This document shows positions 1 to 9,110 of a DNA stretch of 64,000 nucleotides, piece by piece (position 1 is the first letter of the stretch; each line of letters opens with the position of its first letter). The translations under genes were made by a program, and so were the position numbers. The notes under the pieces are model-generated. The model made no database searches, was not told where the DNA came from, and worked only from the letters and a program-made list of their open reading frames with translations. The DNA is from a virus. The DNA is taken from IMG/VR virus record IMGVR_UViG_3300029712_000001; one strand, 5' to 3'.

Positions 1-6
1 GTAAAC

Positions 7-80
7 AATGAAATAATGGATTTGAACCATCGACCTATACTTTAAAAGAGTATCGCTCTATCCATCTGAGCTAAATTCGA
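7..80 (-). tRNA. tRNA-like gene, anticodon UUU (Lys); acceptor helix pairs poorly, possible pseudogene
   Basis: Minus strand has U8-A9, D arm GCUC-AGAUGGAUA-GAGC, anticodon arm AUACU-CUUUUAA-AGUAU and T arm GAUGG-UUCAAAU-CCAUU. The 5' UCGAAUU and 3' AUUUCAU pair at only 4 of 7 positions. Confidence 0.4.
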
Positions 81-150
81 AGTAACTAACCCCATCACCA
101 CTCATTAGTTTTTATATATTTCAAACAGAGGAAAAACGGAGCCGGACAAA

Positions 151-223
151 ATGAAAATATTGGATTCGAACCAATGAAAAGTATTATTACAGAATACCGC
201 GTTATCCACTACGCTAATTTTCG
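151..223 (-). tRNA. tRNA, anticodon GUA (Tyr) with short (class I) variable loop
   Basis: 73 nt. Acceptor CGAAAAU/AUUUUCA pairs 6/7 with a C1-A72 mismatch. D stem GCGU/ACGC, anticodon arm GUAUU-CUGUAAU-AAUAC, 5-nt variable loop, T arm AUUGG-UUCGAAU-CCAAU. Confidence 0.6.
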
Positions 224-290
224 AAGTAACCGAACTCCTCACCATCTATATATTTTATTAAAACAGGGAGAACCTGGAATGTGTTTTAAT

Positions 291-387
291 ATGAAAGGAG
301 GTTTTGATCTACCAACTGATCTAATTTTTCTTACATGAAAAATATAGGACTCAAACCTATGACACAAACCGAAGTATCACCTTCCAT
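291..387 (-). ncRNA. circularly permuted tRNA-like element (3' half encoded upstream of 5' half)
   Basis: The minus strand reads, in order: GGUUU-GUGUC-AUAGG-UUUGAGU-CCUAU-AUUUUUC-A, linker UGUAA, then GAAAAAU-UA-GAUC-AGUUGGUA-GAUC-A-AAACC. Acceptor pairs 7/7, anticodon stem 5/5, and the D and T arms all pair, but the gene order is permuted. Flanks AUGGAAGG and CCUUUCAU can form an extra 8-bp helix. Confidence 0.45.
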
Positions 388-541
388 CACCACTGTCTTA
401 CATTATAATCTCTCTTGATTACGATGCAAATATAGACACTAAAATATGATTTACAAATTAAAATGATTTAAAATGTATTAATTTGGATAAATAAATGTAG
501 TGAATAATATAAAGTGGTTATACACAGCCTTGCACTTAAAA

Positions 542-579
542 GTATTACCCTCTACTTGCTAATAGGCAGAGGGTAATAC
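542..579 (-). terminator. intrinsic terminator after the giant tail gene
   Basis: 12-bp stem GTATTACCCTCT/AGAGGGTAATAC lies immediately 3' of the stop at 584 and is followed on the minus strand by TTTT. Confidence 0.6.
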
Positions 580-583
580 GATA

Positions 584-3500
584 TTATCTATTCTTAATCT
601 TATCTTCGGAAATCAACCACTGGAATATAATTTTCCGGCTGCTAATTACTTTCTTTATCCTCATCAGCATCCAACTTCCTCTTAACCTATCCAGCCATGA
701 CCGTCTGAAATTAAGAGCATCAGGATTAACTGACTTATTTATATCGTTATCGTCCTTGATCCAAATAGGGGTATCTGACCGGTCATCGTCAACCCTGTTG
801 AAGAAGTCATTTAACTTATGTCTTCTATATACCTCAGTATCCAGGACCTCAGTATAGTCGCCTACGATTTTCGGATACGATATACGTTGCGCTAAATTAT
901 TCTTTTCTTCTGGAACAAGATGAATTTCACCTGAGTTGTTTGTGTCGTTGTAGATAGTTATCGTATCTAAACCTACTTTCCTGTCAAGAGTGTAATTCAC
1001 ATCATCGACGTATTTCCTTGCATCAAGCTCGTATTCTACAGAAGCCAGCGTAGAGCCATTATATTTCTCTTTTATCGGCACTTCTAATATAAATGGATAT
1101 GTTGCTCCGTAGAATGTCTGGAAGCTCTTATTCGTCAGCAAATGACTCCATAAGCCGCCTTCTTCGTCTGATGTCGGGAAGTTTATTCCTGTCTGAAAAT
1201 ATTGTTGCTGTTCTATATAATAGTCAGGACAGAACGAATAATAAGAAATCCATTCTTGCTTCAGACACGAATATCCGATAGTGAACGACACGTCTTTAAA
1301 ATACTGTTCGTCTTTTAAAGATATTTCCTTATCGTTTGATAACACCTCTGTTTCATTGTACAAGAACCTTCCACCATCATATTTGTAATATGCCGGGTTC
1401 TTAACAGGTATATAATCTTTTTTCGTGATAAGTACTCTCTTATACCTGTTATCCCATCCAAGAGACAGACCAAGACCGATAAATTTATTGTCTGTATCTT
1501 CTTCTGTCATCTCTGTGCCGGTTAAGATATTAGTTATTCCGTATCTAAGAATCTTAAACGGAAGATGACGCTTGAGCCAATGTCTGATACCTACACTAAG
1601 TTCCTTGAGATTACGTCCGTTCGGATCGGTCATAAATACCTGTGCTCTTTTAGTATCTACCCAGAAGTGACCAAATTCTGAACTAATTATTTCAGTACTC
1701 TGGGTTCCAGAATAACCGAGGTCGGTCGTGTTGTACTCCAGAGGTCTGGACGCGAACAGACCGCCGGTGCCCATCTCAGCCTGCCCAGGGGAGGTGCGCT
1801 CCTTGATTACATCTATGGCGTTATGGAGTGAAACCTGATCCTCGAACCTGACAAGAATCTGATTAGACTCGATACGCTTCATGTGAATAAGCTTCCCGTT
1901 GCTGGTTGGAAACTCATGATAGTCCATAGGCTTGTACGTTAGCCACGGATCTGTTTGACTGTTTTCAGATACGTCAGCCCTACTCCATATAACACCATTA
2001 GGTCGCTGGTAAGCACAATCATAAAAACGACGTTCGTATGTTGCCGGCAATACATTAGGAGTCAATGTCATCCTCGATGAATAGATAGGACTTATCTTGT
2101 AATCATTGTCCCTATGGATAGACACGTTCTTTTCTTGTGTCCACCAAACAAAATCTCCTACTTTTGGATAGAATAATTCATGAGGCTGAGGACCCTCTAA
2201 TCTGAAATTACAATTTATTTCAGATTCTACAAGGAACTGAGGAATGCCATAGAACCATGTATAAAATCTGCCATCTACATACTTACCGGAGGTGTCACCG
2301 TTCAATTCATACAAGCTCTTCCTATTTGGGTAAAAAGCATATCTTCCTTTATTAGACGATGTCCAACTATTGAAACGTTCGTTATCCGTGGTTTCAAGCG
2401 CATCTTCCCCTGTATCATAATTAACAAAATATCTTGGATATCCTACATTTCTATAATCCATGTAAGGGAAAGGTATCATATCTCCAATACCAAAAGCACT
2501 ATTATAAAAAACAGGAAATTTTCTCTTTAATGAAAATCTGGTTATCACCGTATCACCACCGAACATCAGTTTCTTTTCATTAGTGAAAAATCCACATCCA
2601 CCTATGGAAATCCATTTTATATCTTCTATTTGACCATATTGATCCGGCCTATATCTCATAAGCCTCATATACGGAGAACAGATGTATGAAACTGATTTGG
2701 ATTGCTCGAATGTTCTTCCTGCTACAACATCTCTTCCAGCAATAACCGAATCATCTATACGGCTACTGTCGTAGTTGTAGACATAGTTCGGATATTCCAA
2801 TAAATATTTCGATTTACCATCTCCTTTTTCACCTGGATCACCAAATGATAAAAATAACGAAGATTCACGATCTATATTATTAACAAATAAGAATCGTCCC
2901 TCATTATCGTTTTTACCGGTTCCCCATTTAGATGACATGCTGGCATCCATCATAGGATATACACCAGACTTCATGTACTTAACAGAAGATAAACCACGAG
3001 CAAAATTTCGTTCATACTTATCCTGGTCTGTTATACCTATCATTGAATTATATAATCCTACAGAAGTATAATACCATGCATGATTACGTCTCGGTCCATT
3101 GTTTATAAACGTATTAAGCCAATCATAACGGTACTTACCGTACAATATCGGGCCCTTAGCAAGAGTTTGACTGATGGTTGACACCATTGAAGAAAACAGC
3201 ATGGCTACACTTAAATTCGTTAGGAATCCTCCTCCGGTAAGACCGGCCGACCCTCCTATGTATCCAGACTGAGCCCTTATCTGAAGCTCTTCTGCTATCA
3301 TAGCGGCTATTGTGGCACTTGATTCAACTGCGGCAAGTGACGCAGCCATCGTATAAGCAGCAGGACCTAAGATAGTCCATTTTGGATGATCTTCTACAGG
3401 CACAAAACTGCCTACAGACATTCCTCTTTGGAACCCGTCTATACATACTTCATTTGGAAGTTCGGGCTTGTTAAAATAAATATCAGGCGAACAAAATGAA

Positions 3501-6500
3501 TACCACACGTTTCCTCCTTTGTCGAAAGGATGGGATATAAACTCGTCTCTTTTGCCAGACGTATAATTATATTGATCTTGTGATAGGTCGTTATATGGGT
3601 AATTAGGATAGATATTTACATTACCATCGTCTCCTATGTATCTAAGCATATCATAGGCTAATCCTGAAGCCACAACCGACCTATTTAGCCTCCTATCTCC
3701 ACGATACAGTTCATATCCTACGATCGTATCTCTTTGTTGTTGCGTAATCAAACCAGAATCTACCGCAAAATCCAAAAACACTTGTATGGTGTTCTCATCC
3801 ACCATAATACCTACCGGATATATTTCAGAAGCTATGTCATATCCACGTTCATCACTGTTCATAAAAGGTATATGCTTGTTATCTGGGAACCGGTAATGAC
3901 GTATAGGTTGTTGGCAAAATACGGTAGAAGTATCTACTCCTCCATAAGAATGACCCTTGAAATAAGATAATCCATTTTTGTCTGACAAAGGAGCACCATA
4001 ATATTCCGTTAACTTATTCATAATATTAGAATAAGCTTCTGTTTTTTTTGGATCATCATAAGATCTTCCTGTATCTATTTTCATCCTACTACTATCATAA
4101 AGTTCAAAATTAGCAGGATATTTCTCAGATGATTCCCAATATGCAAAATCCCCGTATTTATAAGGACGAGGCTTGCAATTGATGGGCCTATCTCCACATG
4201 TCTGACATTTAGATGCAAATAAGACAGTTGATCTAAGTGTTATAGAATCCACAGACAAATCAATCTTATTTACCTCCTTTTCTCTTACACCAAAAATATA
4301 CGGATATATAGTTTTACCTGTAGCAAAAGAAACGCCTAAAATAGCACGAGACGGTTTCTTGCTTGGTTCCTCCTCCTCGTCTGGAGTATCCTTATTCTTA
4401 TATTCACAAAATTGTATTTGTCTGAATGTCATTATCCAAGGAACAGCTACAACCGGAGATTCTATTGTTACATAAAAATAATCTTGTTTTATCGTTTCTT
4501 TAAAGAATTTATCATCTATAGTTCCCCATGCGGGTCTTGCTATATTGATAATAACCGAATGTCCTGAAGCATGTTCCGGCCTATCGAAATCTACTGGTAT
4601 TATGCCAAGTGGATTCCATGTCTCTATATCCTTCCAAAAAGAAACACGAACGTAATTGGTAGACACAGCATCCATTATACCATCTATCTTCCCAAGGGCT
4701 TCAAGATAAAGGACCTTATTTTCTTCCTTATATCCTTCTATATCCCATTCCTCCGGCCTATTGATTCTAATAAACCTGGCATTGGTCATTACATTCCTCA
4801 CAAACTTGCGTACTACAAATTCAGAAGCAAATCCTATATTAAGTTTATCTCCAGTAGGATTTTCAAATGTTGCATTATTTACATACCCCTCAAATTCCCA
4901 GTCCGTTTCAGGTATGCCAGTGTCCGCATTTTTGTATATCATATCCTGGAGCTTCTTGGAAGCATCAGGCCAGAACTGTTCAATGCAATATTTCGGTCCG
5001 TTCTTTGATCGGTATTGATCATTTATTACCGTACTCGTTGATCTTCCAGCCCTCCAATTACCTTTTCCATTTATCTCTTGACTCCACCCATCTATATGTA
5101 AAATATATCCTCCAAGGATGTAATTATTGTTTTGAAAGTTATTATAATCAGACCTTGAAACAGTAGGATCCGAACAATAATTTTCAATATAACAACCACA
5201 TGTACAAGGCATTGTATCAAGAATATATATTGCATCTGACACTGTTTTTAATATACTCCCTGGTTGTAAATACGGATAGAACTCAGAACAAAGATGCCGT
5301 TCGCCATCGCCGGATACCTTACCTGCGTCGTCACCAAAAAATGCTTCATCCATCCATTCAGACAAAGAATCCATTGTATCGTAATTGAATAGAACAGAAT
5401 ACTTATTCTGGTTCTCACCTCCGGTTGTATATAAATAGTCGGTAGACACGTGCTCCATGTCTTCTAATTCTTTATATATATAGTCCTCTACAATACCAGT
5501 TATTAAAGGAACTGGAGCTGACAATATAGATTCTTGACGATGAGGTACTTCGCAGTCTCCTTCCATTTCTGGTAACCTAATATGATCAATTGGCTCCATA
5601 TAATCCTGTGTTCCATCTTCTCTGTATTTGGTAGCTATATCACATATCTGTCTTTCATTGTTTCCATTCTCCTTATTATTACAAGCTACAAGACCTATAT
5701 TTTCAGACAAATAATTTATAGGGGTTCCTACAATATCATCATAATCGATAATAAATCTTGATTTCCCTTTAAAAGTAGCGAAATTGCTTTCCACTATAAC
5801 AGTTTGACCTACAGTAGCCGGGTTGTTACACTCTTTCTGTTCTTCATCTATAACAACCACATCGTCGTCAATCAATACCCCATCTCCTGCCGTATTGCTA
5901 TACTGCCATACATATTTCCTATTAACACCTGAGCAATCCGGAGCATATGCGTTTATAGACTGGTATGGGATACTGTCTTTGTTCATTTCCTCTCTTGCCT
6001 TATCAGAAGGTGGGGGAACAAGAACGAATGCTGGAGTTTTATAACCAGTAGATGTCTTAAACGAGATAGAAAACGGATACACTTCATTCCTCATATATCC
6101 CACATACAACGAACAAGCATTACCATCCTTATATAAATCTTCGTGGGCTACAGACGCCTGCCATTTCAAGAAATGACCCATGAGGGAAACTACAGGCTGT
6201 AAATTCCATTCTTTTTCTGCCGTAAGACCATATTGAAGAAGACGGTTACCGACCGACACTATGCCCCTTGATGTATTATATATGGCTCTTTTTAAAGAAA
6301 TGTGTTCGAATGTCGTTCTTTTGTTGTTAAGATCAGAATAATAGTATATGGTCTTCTCTGTAATAGGATGAATGCCTTCTATAAAATAATCAACTACAGG
6401 TTGCGTTTCACCATTGTATCCTACAGTGTTTTGGATAACAGCTACCTTGTAATGACTAACTTGCCTATCTAAGTTAGACACCTTAAGTCTTATACCAAGA

Positions 6501-7357
6501 TTAGTTCTCTCTCCCCATTTACCGTCATTGATCCTAATATATTGCTCGTCAAATACATGAACAGGGTTAGTCAATGAAGTATAGTTAGTTTTCTCGTTAC
6601 CAAATTCATCGCACAAGGCCACAGCAAACTGATACACGCCCGCACGTAGGCTGCCCCCGTACTCTATCTGTACCGGCTCTACGCATGGCTGGTCCAGTAG
6701 TGGAAACACCCTAAGTTTCTCACATGCCAGAAAACAACCATTCTCCTGCATGAACTTTTTCCTATCGTATTCTTTATCGCATATCTTATACCCATGATAA
6801 TGATACCATATATCACCTTCATCATCAGGAGTCAGAGCCTTGTCTACAATAACATACCTGGGAGGATTATAATCGTCAGTCCAGTAAATGCATCTCCCAC
6901 ATTTCTCTGTCTTTATTTCTATGGTTTTTATAGGATGGTAGATAGAGAAATTAAGGCACGGATCTTGCTCGTTGTCTTCCAGCAAAGTTTTCATGCCAGA
7001 ACACAACGACTCCGATCCTTCTACCATAGATTCTATATCGGAATCGGATAAGATACTTGTATCGGATTCAGGCTTGAAATAAGTTATTTTAGATACGCCT
7101 GTTTCAGGATTTGTTATAAAAAAATAGATATTGCCTGAAGTAAGATCATTCTTGTAACCAATAACTTTAAACCCATCGAAATCAATGCATTTAAGATTAC
7201 TATGCTCGTTAGATCTCATCCCAACATTACCATCCTCGGATTCGATGTTGGCATTCAAGGCAAACGTATAATGCTGATCCGTAAGACTCGACGGATGCAG
7301 ATCGCGATTCATACCTGTTTGAGGAACCGCTATGTTTCTGTTATCTTCTGATGCCAT
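584..7357 (-). CDS. giant virion/tail protein (2257 aa), N-terminus nozzle/tail-hub-like
   Basis: Uninterrupted ORF with ATG start, a -7 box upstream and a terminator downstream. The N-terminal pattern GMNRDLHPSSL..YTFALNANIES..G resembles the N-terminal domain of podovirus tail-tube/hub proteins. No DxDGD-type RNAP motif was seen. Confidence 0.5.
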   Translation of the reverse strand: MASEDNRNIAVPQTGMNRDLHPSSLTDQHYTFALNANIESEDGNVGMRSNEHSNLKCIDFDGFKVIGYKNDLTSGNIYFFITNPETGVSKITYFKPESDTSILSDSDIESMVEGSESLCSGMKTLLEDNEQDPCLNFSIYHPIKTIEIKTEKCGRCIYWTDDYNPPRYVIVDKALTPDDEGDIWYHYHGYKICDKEYDRKKFMQENGCFLACEKLRVFPLLDQPCVEPVQIEYGGSLRAGVYQFAVALCDEFGNEKTNYTSLTNPVHVFDEQYIRINDGKWGERTNLGIRLKVSNLDRQVSHYKVAVIQNTVGYNGETQPVVDYFIEGIHPITEKTIYYYSDLNNKRTTFEHISLKRAIYNTSRGIVSVGNRLLQYGLTAEKEWNLQPVVSLMGHFLKWQASVAHEDLYKDGNACSLYVGYMRNEVYPFSISFKTSTGYKTPAFVLVPPPSDKAREEMNKDSIPYQSINAYAPDCSGVNRKYVWQYSNTAGDGVLIDDDVVVIDEEQKECNNPATVGQTVIVESNFATFKGKSRFIIDYDDIVGTPINYLSENIGLVACNNKENGNNERQICDIATKYREDGTQDYMEPIDHIRLPEMEGDCEVPHRQESILSAPVPLITGIVEDYIYKELEDMEHVSTDYLYTTGGENQNKYSVLFNYDTMDSLSEWMDEAFFGDDAGKVSGDGERHLCSEFYPYLQPGSILKTVSDAIYILDTMPCTCGCYIENYCSDPTVSRSDYNNFQNNNYILGGYILHIDGWSQEINGKGNWRAGRSTSTVINDQYRSKNGPKYCIEQFWPDASKKLQDMIYKNADTGIPETDWEFEGYVNNATFENPTGDKLNIGFASEFVVRKFVRNVMTNARFIRINRPEEWDIEGYKEENKVLYLEALGKIDGIMDAVSTNYVRVSFWKDIETWNPLGIIPVDFDRPEHASGHSVIINIARPAWGTIDDKFFKETIKQDYFYVTIESPVVAVPWIMTFRQIQFCEYKNKDTPDEEEEPSKKPSRAILGVSFATGKTIYPYIFGVREKEVNKIDLSVDSITLRSTVLFASKCQTCGDRPINCKPRPYKYGDFAYWESSEKYPANFELYDSSRMKIDTGRSYDDPKKTEAYSNIMNKLTEYYGAPLSDKNGLSYFKGHSYGGVDTSTVFCQQPIRHYRFPDNKHIPFMNSDERGYDIASEIYPVGIMVDENTIQVFLDFAVDSGLITQQQRDTIVGYELYRGDRRLNRSVVASGLAYDMLRYIGDDGNVNIYPNYPYNDLSQDQYNYTSGKRDEFISHPFDKGGNVWYSFCSPDIYFNKPELPNEVCIDGFQRGMSVGSFVPVEDHPKWTILGPAAYTMAASLAAVESSATIAAMIAEELQIRAQSGYIGGSAGLTGGGFLTNLSVAMLFSSMVSTISQTLAKGPILYGKYRYDWLNTFINNGPRRNHAWYYTSVGLYNSMIGITDQDKYERNFARGLSSVKYMKSGVYPMMDASMSSKWGTGKNDNEGRFLFVNNIDRESSLFLSFGDPGEKGDGKSKYLLEYPNYVYNYDSSRIDDSVIAGRDVVAGRTFEQSKSVSYICSPYMRLMRYRPDQYGQIEDIKWISIGGCGFFTNEKKLMFGGDTVITRFSLKRKFPVFYNSAFGIGDMIPFPYMDYRNVGYPRYFVNYDTGEDALETTDNERFNSWTSSNKGRYAFYPNRKSLYELNGDTSGKYVDGRFYTWFYGIPQFLVESEINCNFRLEGPQPHELFYPKVGDFVWWTQEKNVSIHRDNDYKISPIYSSRMTLTPNVLPATYERRFYDCAYQRPNGVIWSRADVSENSQTDPWLTYKPMDYHEFPTSNGKLIHMKRIESNQILVRFEDQVSLHNAIDVIKERTSPGQAEMGTGGLFASRPLEYNTTDLGYSGTQSTEIISSEFGHFWVDTKRAQVFMTDPNGRNLKELSVGIRHWLKRHLPFKILRYGITNILTGTEMTEEDTDNKFIGLGLSLGWDNRYKRVLITKKDYIPVKNPAYYKYDGGRFLYNETEVLSNDKEISLKDEQYFKDVSFTIGYSCLKQEWISYYSFCPDYYIEQQQYFQTGINFPTSDEEGGLWSHLLTNKSFQTFYGATYPFILEVPIKEKYNGSTLASVEYELDARKYVDDVNYTLDRKVGLDTITIYNDTNNSGEIHLVPEEKNNLAQRISYPKIVGDYTEVLDTEVYRRHKLNDFFNRVDDDRSDTPIWIKDDNDINKSVNPDALNFRRSWLDRLRGSWMLMRIKKVISSRKIIFQWLISEDKIKNR

Positions 7358-7373
7358 CTTTGTAACTGTTTGT

Positions 7374-7383
7374 CACAAAGATA
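7374..7383 (-). promoter_or_regulatory. Bacteroidota-type -7 promoter box (TATCTTTGTG)
   Basis: Matches TAnnTTTG about 17-26 nt upstream of the ATG at 7357. The same 10-mer recurs before five other minus-strand genes. Confidence 0.5.
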
Positions 7384-7435
7384 GCAAAAGAGATTTAATC
7401 ATGGGCTTTCAAAGTGAGCGTAAAATGGCAGATAA

Positions 7436-8182
7436 TCACCCTGTCTTATATCTTTTACCCCTAATCAACACAGTGCCATCACCGCCGGCTCCGGCAAAAA
7501 CCATAGAGTATCTGACGCCGCCTCCTCCGCCGCCATAACCTCCACCTCCTTTACCAGATCCGTTTGTTGATCCTCCTGTGCCAGATCCTTCACTATAATC
7601 GGATATTCCGCCTTGGAATACTACTCCGGTATTGGTTTCTCCGCTTCCACCACCGGCATTTCTTTTACCGCCGGATTCTCCAAAATCTCTGGTAGTATGA
7701 CCTTGACCTTTGATTACTCCATACTCTTCTCCATTAGTGTTTCCACCATCCGAAGCAGCATCTTGCGTATATGTCGAACTGCCGGCACTACCACCATCTC
7801 CTCCCCTCCGCTTATTAGCTCCCTTTCCTCCATTTGCTCTATAAGACGAGCTCATAAATTGAGAATAACCACCATCTTTACCAGGAGAATTTTGTTCGGC
7901 TTGATAAACTTGTGCTCCTCCTTTTCCTACTATTATAGAAATAGATTGACCAGGTTTTACAGCAATAGCTTCTCCGTCTTTCCAGCCTTTGTTATCAGAT
8001 TTGAAGGTCTTGGTATAACCACCTCCACCGCCGGCAGAGCTACCGCTGCCTCCGCCTCCAACTAAAAAAACGTCTACGAGAAAACAGCCATCAGGAACTA
8101 TCCATGTGTAATTGCCAGCCGGATAAAACCTTATAAGAAAGTCTTCAAGCTCCCTGTCTTTATATTCGAATCTCCTCCTCAT
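7436..8182 (-). CDS. glycine-rich tail-fibre-type protein
   Basis: 248 aa with runs VGGGGSGSSAGGGGGY, GKGG and GGGGYGGGGGG. ATG start, tightly packed after the neighbouring gene. Confidence 0.5.
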   Translation of the reverse strand: MRRRFEYKDRELEDFLIRFYPAGNYTWIVPDGCFLVDVFLVGGGGSGSSAGGGGGYTKTFKSDNKGWKDGEAIAVKPGQSISIIVGKGGAQVYQAEQNSPGKDGGYSQFMSSSYRANGGKGANKRRGGDGGSAGSSTYTQDAASDGGNTNGEEYGVIKGQGHTTRDFGESGGKRNAGGGSGETNTGVVFQGGISDYSEGSGTGGSTNGSGKGGGGYGGGGGGVRYSMVFAGAGGDGTVLIRGKRYKTG

Positions 8183-8185
8183 AAT

Positions 8186-8656
8186 TTACGCAAATATATA
8201 AAAAGAATCATTGTGATATATACTACTCTCTGTTGCAGAAGTAATACAATCAACATTTTCATCTGCATTATTAATAAGATCTCTCATTCCATCGTATCTA
8301 TTAGAAAACATAAAAACGTACCTCTGGTCATTTATCTGAAACTTGTATATAATACCCTGTTGTTCACTTGCAGGATACGGGTCAAATCTAATCCATATTG
8401 CCATTGGTTCGTAACCGGTAGAGGTGCTTGAAAACGAAAAAGAAACTGAACTATGAGTATGAATATTAAAGGCCGTTCCTTCTCTAAGTTGATTCAATAC
8501 GCTATTTATCTTATCCTGGCTAATTGTATCGGATTTGATTTTATTCATTAAATTAAATAACCTGATCCTATCTCCAGGCTCGATTTCTGTTTCTGCACAA
8601 TGATAAATAGCTCCATTACCAGATCTCTGTTCTTCAAAATATCTTCTCCTACTCAT
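8186..8656 (-). CDS. hypothetical protein
   Basis: 156-aa ORF with ATG start and an 8-nt overlap with the upstream gene. Confidence 0.5.
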   Translation of the reverse strand: MSRRRYFEEQRSGNGAIYHCAETEIEPGDRIRLFNLMNKIKSDTISQDKINSVLNQLREGTAFNIHTHSSVSFSFSSTSTGYEPMAIWIRFDPYPASEQQGIIYKFQINDQRYVFMFSNRYDGMRDLINNADENVDCITSATESSIYHNDSFYIFA

Positions 8657-9110
8657 AATGATACTCCTTCCTATAATAACCGAGGAAACTAAACCCTTCC
8701 GACTCCTTCCTCAAAACATCATGCCGATTCCAATACTTTTCTAAGTCGAAGGCTTCTCTTTCAAACACGATATTATGATATGCCTTATCATGATCGCGAT
8801 ATATGCACAACCTAATCAGGTACTCAATTAAATACCATGAATAGTATAAAAATATCGGAATAAGAGACAACCACAGCATCCACCATCCTACATTACCGAA
8901 TAAGAGACACAATCCTATTGTAAGCAAAGACACGAACATACCAAAACAAAACATTGTATGATACTGATTACAATGCGACTCTTCATGATATTCGGCCTTC
9001 AGTGATATAGCATCACGTTCGGTAAATACGGCTCCAAATAACATAATTGTTTTGTAGCCGTCAATGAACGTAAATAACTTGGCTATTTTTAATTTATAAT
9101 ATATTTTCAT
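8649..9110 (-). CDS. membrane protein with HExxH motif (putative zincin-like peptidase)
   Basis: The track start at 9116 is TTG; the first ATG is at 9110. Motif YHEESHCNQYH is followed by two or three hydrophobic spans (MFCFGMFVSLLTIGLCLLF, WWMLWLSLIPIFLYYSWYLI). Confidence 0.4.
   Translation of the reverse strand: MKIYYKLKIAKLFTFIDGYKTIMLFGAVFTERDAISLKAEYHEESHCNQYHTMFCFGMFVSLLTIGLCLLFGNVGWWMLWLSLIPIFLYYSWYLIEYLIRLCIYRDHDKAYHNIVFEREAFDLEKYWNRHDVLRKESEGFSFLGYYRKEYHYE

Noticed and set aside
300-370. Reading the third tRNA-like unit as an ordinary plus-strand tRNA, or as a simple 5'-truncated minus-strand pseudogene.
   Set aside because: The plus-strand reading gives no D or T loop consensus. 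The truncation idea ignores the perfectly matching 5' half (acceptor 7/7, anticodon stem 5/5, canonical D arm) that lies just downstream, hence the permuted interpretation. A rearrangement scar remains possible.
584-7357. The 2257-aa protein as the crAss-type virion RNA polymerase.
   Set aside because: I could not find a DxDGD / NADFDGD-like catalytic motif by eye. The N-terminus looks like a tail hub/nozzle domain instead. The RNAP genes are probably outside this window.
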